64,000 nt of DNA from an uncultured Bacillales bacterium (GCA_964568525.1 CAZMPM010000001.1:21307-85306), one strand, 5' to 3'. Positions 10,432-18,933 are shown, numbered from the stretch's first letter. Program-made: numbers and translations. The notes: generated from the letters alone by a model not told the origin.

Positions 10432-11073
10432 TTGATGGGTTTTATTGACTCAGAAGTAAATGAATATTTGCGTGGTTTGCAACCGATTGATAACCAGTTA
10501 TTAACTGAGATTTATCAGTACGGCTTAGCGCAGGAAATACCGATTATGGATCCGATCAGCATGAGACATGTTGCTTTGTTAAGTCAACTTGCTAAACCGA
10601 AGGTAATTATTGAAATAGGAGCAGCGATTGGTTTCTCGGCAATGTGGTTGGCGTTAGCGAATCCTGGTGCGATGGTTCATACAATTGAACGCAATCCAGA
10701 GTTGGTGGAAATTGCCCAAATTAACTTAAAACGAGCTGGGTTGGACAAGCGTGTTATTCTCCATATGGACGAAGCTGTTGAAATTTTACCACAAATGCCG
10801 CGGGCTCAGTTCGTTTTTGTTGATGCTGCAAAGAGGAAGTACCGCGATTTTTATGAGTTGGCGCTCCCCTTGCTTGATGTAGGCGGGTTGATGGTGTTTG
10901 ATAATGTTTTGTTTCGGGGCTACATTGCAAATGCGGCTGAGACAGCTGCGCGACCAATGTTGCGTAAGCTAAGTGAGTTTAATAGATTTTTGGCTGCAGA
11001 TAAGCGTGTAACGACTAATTTTCTAACAGTTGGCGATGGTTTGGCAGTGGCGCAGAAACTGGAGGAACTATAA
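10432..11073 (+). CDS. trmR: class I SAM-dependent O-methyltransferase, YrrM/TrmR-like
   Basis: Caffeoyl-CoA-OMT-type fold (IIEIGAAIGFSA, VFVDAAKRKY, FDNVLFRG). It sits in the B. subtilis yrrM position between mltG and two U32 genes. Confidence 0.7.
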   Translation: MMGFIDSEVNEYLRGLQPIDNQLLTEIYQYGLAQEIPIMDPISMRHVALLSQLAKPKVIIEIGAAIGFSAMWLALANPGAMVHTIERNPELVEIAQINLKRAGLDKRVILHMDEAVEILPQMPRAQFVFVDAAKRKYRDFYELALPLLDVGGLMVFDNVLFRGYIANAAETAARPMLRKLSEFNRFLAADKRVTTNFLTVGDGLAVAQKLEEL

Positions 11074-11918
11074 TGGGAAACAAGAGAAATATTGAGCTAT
11101 TGGTCACGGCTAACAACCTGGAGGAGATAAAAAGCTACGGGGAAGCTGGGGCCGATGCTTTTTTAATTGGTGATGATCAGTTTGCAATCAAGAGCATGGG
11201 ATGTTTTACTCTTGATGCGATTGCCGGTGCGATAAAGCTGGCTAATGAGTGTGGCAAGTCGCTTTATTTGCTTGTAAATGCGCTATATCATAACGATGAG
11301 CTTGCTCAGCTGGAGAAATTTTTATTGACTGTCAGTGAGCTGGGAATTGATGCTGTTCTTTTCGAGGATCCAGCTGTTTACAATATAGTTAAAGAACAGA
11401 ATAGTACGCTGCCACTCCATTTAAGTTCTGGCTCAATGATCACAAGTTCAGGAGTAATAAATTTCTGGGGGAATCGCGGTGTAAGGCGTGCCGAGTTAGC
11501 GCGTGAGCTAACTTTTGAAGAGATTATAGCTGTGCGCGAACATACAAAAATGGAGCTCACTGTTCAGGTTTATGGTAGAACGGCAATTTTCTATTCAAAG
11601 CGCCAGCTAGTAAGCAACTATCTCGAATACATTGATTATGATGCTACAAAAACAACTGCAACTAATAGTGACGAATTTCTATTCTTGCGCGAACATGAGC
11701 GTCCAGAAAGGGCGTTCCCATTGATGGAAGACAAACATGGTACACATTTATTTAGTGATCAGGTAATTGATCATCGAGCGCTAGTCGCTGATTTGATAAA
11801 AGCAGGAATTAATGTTCTGAAAATAGACGGTATGTTTATTGGTAAGGAAGAGATGTTGGCGGTCATTCGAGATATTCGTAAACTGATTGATCAACAACTC
11901 AGAAGTGAAGGGGAATAA
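11073..11918 (+). CDS. peptidase U32 family protein (YrrN/TrhP1-like)
   Basis: ELLVTANNLEE...GADAF...; U32 family N-terminal pattern. Short form, paired with the following long U32 gene. Confidence 0.75.
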   Translation: MGNKRNIELLVTANNLEEIKSYGEAGADAFLIGDDQFAIKSMGCFTLDAIAGAIKLANECGKSLYLLVNALYHNDELAQLEKFLLTVSELGIDAVLFEDPAVYNIVKEQNSTLPLHLSSGSMITSSGVINFWGNRGVRRAELARELTFEEIIAVREHTKMELTVQVYGRTAIFYSKRQLVSNYLEYIDYDATKTTATNSDEFLFLREHERPERAFPLMEDKHGTHLFSDQVIDHRALVADLIKAGINVLKIDGMFIGKEEMLAVIRDIRKLIDQQLRSEGE

Positions 11919-11919
11919 G

Positions 11920-13176
11920 ATGAGTGATTATCACAATAAAAAAGTTGAGCTACTTGCACCAGCTGGAAGTCTTGAGAAGTTGGAATTTGCGATTCACTAT
12001 GGCGCAGATGCGCTCTATCTAGGTGGCGAACAGTTTGGTTTGCGTGAGCGTGCGGGCAACTTCTCTTTTGCGGAGATGGAGCAAGCCGTGGCTTTTTCAC
12101 ATGAACGCGGGGCAAAAGTTTATGTTGCAACCAATATAATTCCGCATGAAAGTGATCTAGTGGAACTGCCCAATTATTTGCGCAGAATTGCTGAGATTGG
12201 TGTAGACGCAATTATCGCCGCCGATCCGGGGGTGATTGAGACATCTATGCATGTGGCACCTAAACTGGACATACATTTAAGCACACAAGCATCTGTTACT
12301 AATTGGCGAACAGTTAAAATGTGGGAAGGGTTGGGTGTTAAGCGGGTGGTTCTGGCTCGCGAACTCTCCTTGGAAGAGATCGCTGAAATAAAAGCACGAA
12401 CTAATGTGGAGATTGAGGTTTTTGTGCATGGGGCAGTCTGTAACTCCTATTCAGGAAGATGCCTGCTATCGAACCATATGACCGATCGCGATGCGAATCG
12501 TGGTGGCTGTGCACAGTCTTGTCGCTGGTATTATGATCTATATCAAGGTCTAAGTGGCGACAGTACAGCGTTGTTTGCAGAGTCTGATGTTCCTTATACG
12601 ATGAGCTCTAAAGACTTATTAATGGTCGACCGTATTGGTGATTTAATCGATTTGGGGGTGGATTCGCTGAAAATTGAGGGCAGAATGAAGAGCATTCACT
12701 ATGTTGCAACAATTACTAGTGCATATCGGCGAGCAATTGATTTGTATAACAGTGGAAAGGCAAATCCAGCTGAACTTTCGCGTTTACGTGCGGAAATTAG
12801 CAAGGCAAGTCATCGCCCGCTTTTTAGAGGATTTTACGATGGGCAGCCCGGAGTGGATGCGCAAATTTACGGTAAAGAGCCAGTATTGCGGAAATATGAT
12901 TTTGTCGGTCAGGTATTAAAGTATGATGCAGGTGCAGGGATAGCTACAGTTCAACAGCGGAATAATTTTAAACTTGGTGACGAGATCGCGTTTTATGGTC
13001 CGCAAACTGACTTTAAGCAGGTTATTGAACAATTAGCTGATAGTGAAGGTAATCCGCTCATGGTAGCTCCGCATCCCTTAGAGATTGTTACGATTAAGGT
13101 TAAAAGTGCTGTGAAACCTTATGATATGCTACGGAAACTTAGTTCACTGATTAGCCATAACGAGTTCACAGAATAG
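11920..13176 (+). CDS. peptidase U32 family protein (YrrO/TrhP2-like)
   Basis: ELLAPAGSLEKL, the Cys-rich EVFVHGAVCNSYSGRCLLS...GGCAQSCRW, and LKIEGRMKS. ATG at 11920 follows a GAAGGGGA RBS. Confidence 0.8.
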   Translation: MSDYHNKKVELLAPAGSLEKLEFAIHYGADALYLGGEQFGLRERAGNFSFAEMEQAVAFSHERGAKVYVATNIIPHESDLVELPNYLRRIAEIGVDAIIAADPGVIETSMHVAPKLDIHLSTQASVTNWRTVKMWEGLGVKRVVLARELSLEEIAEIKARTNVEIEVFVHGAVCNSYSGRCLLSNHMTDRDANRGGCAQSCRWYYDLYQGLSGDSTALFAESDVPYTMSSKDLLMVDRIGDLIDLGVDSLKIEGRMKSIHYVATITSAYRRAIDLYNSGKANPAELSRLRAEISKASHRPLFRGFYDGQPGVDAQIYGKEPVLRKYDFVGQVLKYDAGAGIATVQQRNNFKLGDEIAFYGPQTDFKQVIEQLADSEGNPLMVAPHPLEIVTIKVKSAVKPYDMLRKLSSLISHNEFTE

Positions 13177-13245
13177 TTGCAATTATAGTAGATTATGTTG
13201 TATTATGAATTTGTAATTATTACACATAAAAACGGGGGTAACAAA

Positions 13246-13716
13246 ATGAAAATGAACAAATTTCTTGCTGTACTAATCGTATTTGCTTTAGTATTTTCGC
13301 TTGGTTTAGTTGGCTGTAGTGATGATGCAAAAGAACCTGAAGCACCAGCTGGTAACGTTGAGGAACCAACTCCAGGTGTTGAAGAACCAGCTGCAACTGA
13401 AGAACCGGCTGCAACTGAAGAACCAGCCGCATCAAATACATCAGCTGACGATGCTAAACCTGCACCAGCACCGGCATCAGCACCGGCACCAGCACCAGCA
13501 CCAACACCAGCACCGGCGCCGGCACCGGCACCTAAAACTTATACAGCTTCAAATCCTGCATACCAAAGTTTAATTGATATGTTTGCACCTAATATGGCTG
13601 CTGCAGTTGCTCGTGGAGCATTGACACAAGAAAAAATGGACCAAATGCTTAAAGACGTGGGCGATGGTAATATGACTCAGGCTGAAGTAATGGCATTTAT
13701 GGGTGCTCTGAAGTAA
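13246..13716 (+). CDS. secreted lipoprotein with Pro/Ala-rich linker, unknown family (paralogue 1 of 3)
   Basis: Signal peptide plus lipobox MKMNKFLAVLIVFALVFSLGLVGC, a low-complexity EPAAT/PAPA linker, and a conserved C-terminal roughly 50-aa module (GALTQEKMDQMLKDVGDGNM). Confidence 0.75.
   Translation: MKMNKFLAVLIVFALVFSLGLVGCSDDAKEPEAPAGNVEEPTPGVEEPAATEEPAATEEPAASNTSADDAKPAPAPASAPAPAPAPTPAPAPAPAPKTYTASNPAYQSLIDMFAPNMAAAVARGALTQEKMDQMLKDVGDGNMTQAEVMAFMGALK
13381..13434. repeat. 3 x 18-nt in-frame tandem repeat (GAAGAACCNGCTGCAACT; EEPAAT)
   Basis: Three consecutive near-identical 18-mers read directly in the sequence. Confidence 0.85.
13459..13533. repeat. hexanucleotide (GCACCR)n microsatellite-like tract encoding (AP)n
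   Basis: About 12 consecutive CCNGCA/GCACCA units, translating to PAPAPASAPAPAPAPTPAPAPAPAP. Confidence 0.85.
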
Positions 13717-13851
13717 TTTGTTAGAACAACCGTTCTTAATTTAAGTTCACTTATTACTCATACTTAGTTTGCAAATTGTTTGCAATTAATGTCTGTTATG
13801 GTGTAATATATATTTGTATAGGTATAAACTATTAAAAACGGGGGTAATAAA

Positions 13852-14139
13852 ATGAAAATGAACAAATTTCTTGCTGTACTGATTATTTTTGCTCTAGTAT
13901 TTTCACTTGGTTTAGTAGGCTGTGGTGATAGTGAAGAAAAACCATCTGCACCTGAGGCTCCTACTTCTTACACAGCTTCTGATCCTGCAAACCAACCTAA
14001 AATTGACATGATTTTCCCTAACCTAACTGCAAAAGTTAAAGATGGCGTTATCACTCAAGAAAGAATGAATGAGATACTTAAAAAAGTTGGCGATGGCGAA
14101 ATGAGCATCGAAGAATTACAAAAAATAATGAATCCGTAA
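13852..14139 (+). CDS. small lipoprotein, unknown family (paralogue 2 of 3)
   Basis: The RBS and signal-peptide region is nearly identical at the nucleotide level to paralogue 1 (MKMNKFLAVLIIFALVFSLGLVGC). The C-terminal module is DGVITQERMNEILKKVGDGEM. Confidence 0.75.
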   Translation: MKMNKFLAVLIIFALVFSLGLVGCGDSEEKPSAPEAPTSYTASDPANQPKIDMIFPNLTAKVKDGVITQERMNEILKKVGDGEMSIEELQKIMNP

Positions 14140-14151
14140 GGAATTAAGAGA

Positions 14152-14193
14152 ACAGCTTTGACATAGCCAATATGCCAAAGCTGTTTTTTTTTT
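14152..14193 (+). terminator. rho-independent terminator
   Basis: Stem ACAGCTTTG/CAAAGCTGT followed by a 9-10 T run. Confidence 0.65.
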
Positions 14194-14229
14194 ACAAGTA
14201 CCGTTACATTGATAAAAGGAGGAGTTATA

Positions 14230-14529
14230 TTGAAAAGCAAAAAAATATTATTGGTTGTTCTGATTCTGTTATTAGCTGTTACTCTAACTGCATGTGGTGA
14301 TAAAGCGGAGCCAACACCAGCACCAGCACCGACAGCAGATAATAGTGGTGGAGAGGCTGTTTCAGCTGATGTACAGGCATTATTAGATATTGCAATCCCT
14401 AATTTAGAAAGCAAATTGGAAGAAGGTAAAGTAACTAAGGAAATTATGGATGATATAATTTCGCAGATTAAAAATGGTGATATATCAAATAAAATTCAAC
14501 TAATGACTAAAATGGCGCCTTATCTGTAA
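14230..14529 (+). CDS. small lipoprotein, unknown family (paralogue 3 of 3, more divergent)
   Basis: TTG start 7 nt after an AGGAGG RBS. Lipobox LAVTLTAC, a short PAPAP linker, and C-terminal EEGKVTKEIMDDIISQIKNGDI aligning with paralogues 1 and 2. Confidence 0.65.
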   Translation: MKSKKILLVVLILLLAVTLTACGDKAEPTPAPAPTADNSGGEAVSADVQALLDIAIPNLESKLEEGKVTKEIMDDIISQIKNGDISNKIQLMTKMAPYL

Positions 14530-14539
14530 TTAATTTTTT

Positions 14540-14573
14540 AAACCCTTCCTTTAATTTATAAGGGAAGGGTTTA
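14540..14573. terminator. bidirectional terminator hairpin between convergent genes
   Basis: AAACCCTTCC...GGAAGGGTTT stem flanked by T-runs/A-runs. It overlaps the stop of the SEDS gene. Confidence 0.6.
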
Positions 14574-15686
14574 TTTATTTTCGTTATTTTCACGGGAAAT
14601 TGATAATATAATCCCAACAGAAATCATACCAGAAATGAGTGAGGTCCCGCCGGCGCTAATAAATGGGAGAGTCACACCAGTGATTGGTATAGCGCCTGTC
14701 ACACCGCCAATATTAATTGCAGCTTGAATAGCAAAAAGAGCAGCAATACTTGTTGCAAAGAGTGTAGCAAACGGATCAGATGATCTTCTGCCGATTGTAA
14801 TTATTCGCCAGATGAAGAGTATAAAAACTAGTAAAAAGATGGCGATTCCAATAAAGCCCAGCTCCTCGCCAATTACAGCAAAAATAAAATCTGAATGGGG
14901 GTAAGGTAGGTAGAAAAACTTCTGAATACTCTGGCCAAATCCTGCCCCAAAAAGCCCGCCATTGCCAAATGCAATGAGTGACTGAATTAGATGATAACCT
15001 TCATTATATGGATCTGCCCATGGGTCTAAAAAAGAAATAAAGCGTTCGGTCCGCCCTGTAGCAAAAAGCAATGCAACTAAAGATAATGCCCCCGCCAAAA
15101 GTAAGCCGAGGATATGAAGCCAACGGGCTCCTGCTGCAATCAAAAGTACCCCCGCAGCAAAAACTAGAATCATAGCCGAGCCAAAATCAGGTTGGGCAAC
15201 AATTAATCCGAAGAAAATTAGAATTACAATCAAGGAAGGAATTACACCTGTTTTAAAGTCTCTTATCTTATCGGGAGTTTTTGTGAGTAGCACAGACAAA
15301 TAGAGCAGCAGCCCGATTTTTGCAAACTCAACTGGTTGAATTGTTAGCGTTCTTCCACCTAATTTAATTCCGATCCAGCTTCTTGCATCATTGAGTACCA
15401 CTCCGACTCCTGGTATAAAGACTAAAATTAGTAATATAAGCGATAAGACAAGAAAAACCAAAAAGTACTTTTTGTAAAATGCTACCCTAAAACTCATCGC
15501 AATAAACATCAGAACAAGCCCGATGATTGCGTAAATAATTTGACTGCTGGTAATATGCCACTTGTCATTATATTCCCAGTAGGAGATTGTGAAACTGGCA
15601 CTATAAACCATAACCACACCAAAGCCCACTAAAATAATAGTCAAAATAAGTAGCAGGAAATCTGGTGCATTTCGGTTACTATTCAC
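14571..15686 (-). CDS. FtsW/RodA/SpoVE (SEDS) family peptidoglycan glycosyltransferase
   Basis: A polytopic membrane protein with SEDS motifs (QPVEFAKI, SDFIFAVIGEELGFIG, PITGVTLPFISAGGTS). GTG start follows an AAAGGTAGG RBS. Confidence 0.9.
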   Translation of the reverse strand: MNSNRNAPDFLLLILTIILVGFGVVMVYSASFTISYWEYNDKWHITSSQIIYAIIGLVLMFIAMSFRVAFYKKYFLVFLVLSLILLILVFIPGVGVVLNDARSWIGIKLGGRTLTIQPVEFAKIGLLLYLSVLLTKTPDKIRDFKTGVIPSLIVILIFFGLIVAQPDFGSAMILVFAAGVLLIAAGARWLHILGLLLAGALSLVALLFATGRTERFISFLDPWADPYNEGYHLIQSLIAFGNGGLFGAGFGQSIQKFFYLPYPHSDFIFAVIGEELGFIGIAIFLLVFILFIWRIITIGRRSSDPFATLFATSIAALFAIQAAINIGGVTGAIPITGVTLPFISAGGTSLISGMISVGIILSISRENNENK

Positions 15687-15854
15687 TTACAATCCTACCT
15701 TTCAATCGAGAAATTAATAATTGGTTAATTTGATTATATGTAAAAGACCTTTTTTAGTAAAGCGTGCCAAGGCTGATTTGTGGTATTTAGCAGGATTGCT
15801 ATAAAGGCTGTAAAATGATAATATTTATAAATAATTAGGAAAGGAGTATTGTGC

Positions 15855-16106
15855 ATGAATGCTGAAAGAGTAAGCTTGATTGTCTGGTTAACAGATCTTA
15901 AAAATACAAAATGGCTAGAGAAATTCGGGAACGTAGTATACATATCTAAAAAAATGAAATATGCAATAATCTATATTAATAAGGATGAGTATGAAGAAAT
16001 AGCGAATAAACTATTGGGGTTAGGCTTCGTTAAAAAGGTTGAACGTTCTTTAAATACTGAGGTAGTTGAACATTTTGCTGCTAGCTTAGCTGCTAAAGAA
16101 AACTAA
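15855..16106 (+). CDS. UPF0298/DUF2129 protein (YlbG-like)
   Basis: RVSLIVWLTDLKNTKWLEKFGNVVYISKKMKYAIIY is the family pattern. A GGAG RBS lies 8 nt before the ATG at 15855. Confidence 0.75.
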   Translation: MNAERVSLIVWLTDLKNTKWLEKFGNVVYISKKMKYAIIYINKDEYEEIANKLLGLGFVKKVERSLNTEVVEHFAASLAAKEN

Positions 16107-16206
16107 GTGTTACTTATATCAAGCGGTATTCGATTAGCTTACTTTGTTACACTAATTAGAATGCCCTTTTTGTTGCAATAAAATTGAAATTTAAGTAGGG
16201 ATAGTT

Positions 16207-17394
16207 ATGGAATTATGGCGGAAAAATCTGTACATATTGTGGAGTGCCGGTTTTGTCTTTATGGCAGGTATGACTTCAATCATGCCTTTTCTACCTTTGC
16301 ATATCAATAAAAATATGGGATTGAGCTCGCCGGCGGAAGTTAGCCTATGGGCCGGCTTAATTTTTGGGATTAATTTTCTCAGTGCTTTTTTCGTATCGCC
16401 ATTATGGGGTAAACTTGGCGATCGTTATGGTCGGAAAATTATGATTTTGCGCTCGGGCTTTGGAATGGCGATTATAACCATTCTGATGGGTTTTGCCACA
16501 AATGTCTATCAGTTGTTATTATTAAGGTTTTTAAACGGCCTTGTAGCGGGTTTTAACCCTGCTTCCGTTGCGCTAGTCGCAGCGAATACTCCAAAAGCAA
16601 AAACTGGTTATGCACTAGGTTTGCTCAACTCTGGTGCTGTTGCTGGATCAATTATTGGTCCGCTTTATGGTGGAATATTAGCTGAATATGTCACTTATAA
16701 TCAGATATTCATAATTACCGGGATTTTAATCCTAATAGCAGCCTTAATCGTTTTGTTTTTTGTTAAAGAGGAATTCACACCTGATATGAGCGTTGTTAAC
16801 AAAAGCATTGTAGCTGATTTTCGCTTAGTGATGGGTACGCAACCGCTAATCATGGTCTTTTTTATTGTTTTTATCGTGCAGTTCGCAATTATGAATATTA
16901 ACCCAATATTATCTTTATTTGTCTTGGAGTTGGAGCCGCCAGGCGGTAGGGTGGCTTTTTTTGCTGGGCTGATAGCGGCGGCGGCGGGGATAACTAACGT
17001 TTTTGCTGCACCGAAGCTAGGCAAAGTCAGTGACACTAGGGGACCTGAGATTGTGCTGCTTTTATCTGTAATTGCAGCAGCAATTTTGTTCGTTCCGCAG
17101 GGATTTTCAACAGATGTTTGGCAATTAATGTTCTGGCGATTTATGCTTGGTTTTGCGCTAGGAGGAATCTTGCCATCCACTAATTCAATTATTAAAAAAT
17201 ATGCACCCGAGGGGCTTGAAAGTACCACCTATTCTTATAGCAGTAGCGCAAGCTTTCTTGGCAATTTACTAGGCCCGATTGTTGGTGGTTTGTTATTAGG
17301 CATTATGGATTTTAAAGGCGTATTCTTATTAACCGCTTCGATACTATTTTTAAGTTCCTATTTAATCTACCTCAAAATTTATAAACATCGTTAA
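16207..17394 (+). CDS. MFS transporter (DHA1-like, 12 TM)
   Basis: MFS motif A (GKLGDRYGRKIMIL), about 12 hydrophobic segments, 395 aa. Confidence 0.85.
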   Translation: MELWRKNLYILWSAGFVFMAGMTSIMPFLPLHINKNMGLSSPAEVSLWAGLIFGINFLSAFFVSPLWGKLGDRYGRKIMILRSGFGMAIITILMGFATNVYQLLLLRFLNGLVAGFNPASVALVAANTPKAKTGYALGLLNSGAVAGSIIGPLYGGILAEYVTYNQIFIITGILILIAALIVLFFVKEEFTPDMSVVNKSIVADFRLVMGTQPLIMVFFIVFIVQFAIMNINPILSLFVLELEPPGGRVAFFAGLIAAAAGITNVFAAPKLGKVSDTRGPEIVLLLSVIAAAILFVPQGFSTDVWQLMFWRFMLGFALGGILPSTNSIIKKYAPEGLESTTYSYSSSASFLGNLLGPIVGGLLLGIMDFKGVFLLTASILFLSSYLIYLKIYKHR

Positions 17395-17441
17395 TTGCTG
17401 ACCACGTAATTTAATCAGCTTTTCCCATCTCTCTTATTTTT

Positions 17442-17496
17442 AGACACAAATTAGCAACAATTTAGACTTTACTTATTCACAAATAACATTTAGATT
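17442..17496 (+). promoter_or_regulatory. conserved upstream block plus putative promoter, copy 1
   Basis: AGACACAAATTAGCAACAATTTAGACTTTACTTATTCACAAATAA is near-identical to 18714-18758. It contains -35 TTTACT, a 17-nt spacer and -10 TAGATT. Confidence 0.4.
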
Positions 17497-17567
17497 ATTT
17501 AACTAGAGCGTCTTTTTTCTTGTGGACGTAGATCATAATAGCTGAAAGGTAGGTGCATGATGACCAA

Positions 17568-17600
17568 AATCAGCTAGTTTTAATTTACTGGTTGATTTTT
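17568..17600 (+). promoter_or_regulatory. leader hairpin followed by a T-run (possible attenuator), copy 1
   Basis: AATCAGCTAG/CTGGTTGATT forms a 10-bp stem (2 G-U pairs) followed by TTT. It is preceded by GAAAGGTAGGTG. A homologous hairpin lies at 18839-18866. Confidence 0.35.
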
Positions 17601-17695
17601 ACTTTATTCGCTTTAGCAAACGTTATCATCGAGATTATACTTAACAAGAAAAGGTTTATTACAAAAATTACAGACTATCTAGGAGGATATTTAAC

Positions 17696-18592
17696 TTGGA
17701 AATCACGAAAAGAAAGAATCTTGTGGGTGGTTTTATTACTTTAATCGCAGGTATTGCAGTTCCGGTTTTAGCTATAGTATTGCTATTTCAAAATTACTCA
17801 AGTCTTCTAAAAGGATATGTTACTACAGGGAAACCAGCTGGTGCAATCATGCAAGATATTCATCAACCTCTATTTTCAGCGCTTTTGATGTTTGCTGGAG
17901 TATTAATGTTAGTATCTGCAGTTGGCTATTTTGGTCAGAAAAAATGGGCATTTGTTTACGGCTTTACCGGAAGCGTTTTAACACTTTTCGGTGGCTGGAT
18001 GATGGCAATGTTCCCGTTAATGGTAGGTTTAACACCATATCACTTTAGCTCATTTTTCATTGGAGCTTTTGTTTTCTTTGCTTTACTACTATATGTTAAC
18101 AAAGTTGAAACAAAAATTTGGTTAACAAGCTTGCTATTTGGTATGGACTTTGTAATGACATTTATGAATGGAAATGCGTCGCTAAATAAAATGATGGGCG
18201 GAAACCAATTAGCTAGAAATATGGCTGGTGCTCAGGGCGTTCCAAGTCCAAATGCTCCACACCGTGCGTGGGCAAAAATGAATGTAAATGATGCTTTAAT
18301 GTATGAACTAGTTCAACAAATTCTGTGGGTCAGTGCGTTTGCTTTCTTTGTGATTACAATCGCAGTAATTTACAGAAAAGATTGGGTATGGCCAGTTGCA
18401 TTAGGCGCTTCAATTATTGCAATCGGTGCTGGTTTCCCAGTTGCTATCGCTGATACTTTGGCAAAAGAATCATTATCTTCATTCTTCTTTGGACCAATTT
18501 TAGGTGTTGTTGTCTTCTTCGCGCTATTCATCTTTAAAGATCGTTTATGGGCAGAAGGACAACCTGTATTTAAGAAAAAAAAGCAAGCATAG
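17696..18592 (+). CDS. polytopic membrane protein, unknown family (copy 1)
   Basis: TTG start 9 nt after an AGGAGG RBS. About eight hydrophobic segments by eye, with a conserved hydrophilic loop NGNASLNKMMGGNQLARNMAGAQGVPSPNAPHRAWAKMNVND. I recognise no family motif. Confidence 0.8.
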   Translation: MEITKRKNLVGGFITLIAGIAVPVLAIVLLFQNYSSLLKGYVTTGKPAGAIMQDIHQPLFSALLMFAGVLMLVSAVGYFGQKKWAFVYGFTGSVLTLFGGWMMAMFPLMVGLTPYHFSSFFIGAFVFFALLLYVNKVETKIWLTSLLFGMDFVMTFMNGNASLNKMMGGNQLARNMAGAQGVPSPNAPHRAWAKMNVNDALMYELVQQILWVSAFAFFVITIAVIYRKDWVWPVALGASIIAIGAGFPVAIADTLAKESLSSFFFGPILGVVVFFALFIFKDRLWAEGQPVFKKKKQA

Positions 18593-18631
18593 AATTTGTT
18601 AAATAAATTGATTTAATAATAAGATAAAGCG

Positions 18632-18676
18632 AGCCTTGTTTAGCTGGACTAATAATCCAAATAAACAGGGCTTTTC
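18632..18676 (+). terminator. long-hairpin terminator of cassette 1
   Basis: An 11-bp outer stem (AGCCTTGTTTA/TAAACAGGGCT) and an inner TGGA/TCCA stem, then TTTT. Confidence 0.55.
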
Positions 18677-18713
18677 TAATTTTACCGCTAAAACTATGTA
18701 GATTTATGAACAA

Positions 18714-18768
18714 AGACACAAATTAACAACAATTTAGACTTGACTTATTCACAAATAAAGTTTACTTT
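18714..18768 (+). promoter_or_regulatory. conserved upstream block plus putative promoter, copy 2
   Basis: AGACACAAATTAACAACAATTTAGACTTGACTTATTCACAAATAA, with -35 TTGACT, a 17-nt spacer and -10 TACTTT. Confidence 0.4.
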
Positions 18769-18838
18769 TATAGTAATGGAATCTCTTAATTCTAGGGTTC
18801 TTATACCTGAATTTTGGAAAGGAAGGTGAGAGATAAAA

Positions 18839-18876
18839 AATCAACTAGTAGTCTAATTAGTTGATTACCGTTTTTT
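18839..18876 (+). promoter_or_regulatory. leader hairpin followed by a T-run (possible attenuator), copy 2
   Basis: AATCAACTA/TAGTTGATT stem, then ACCG and TTTTTT. It is preceded by GAAAGGAAGGTG. Confidence 0.35.
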
Positions 18877-18933
18877 AATATTTCATTTATAAAAAAGCAA
18901 TAATTATTTTTTATTAAAGGAGGAAAACTTATC

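Noticed and set aside
13310-13573. An 87-aa alternative-frame ORF rich in His and Gln, and an antisense 73-aa ORF at 13220-13441.
   Set aside because: They are frame-shifted readings of the GCACCR and EEPAAT repeats inside the lipoprotein gene. They have no RBS, and the lipoprotein frame has a signal peptide and a conserved C-terminus.
17553-17744. A 63-aa ORF in the leader of membrane-protein copy 1, considered as a possible leader peptide.
   Set aside because: It overlaps the real CDS start in another frame. The homologous position in leader 2 is interrupted by stops (the GTG frame gives 12 codons), so no peptide is conserved between the two leaders. The conserved element looks like RNA or DNA, not protein.
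18795-18830. CUAGGGUUC in leader 2 resembles the 5' end of the guanidine-I (ykkC) riboswitch.
   Set aside because: The rest of the ykkC consensus (GGUCCGAGAG and the ACGR/GGGA elements) is absent. Leader 1 has CUAGAGCGUC at the aligned position. The match is too short to mean anything.
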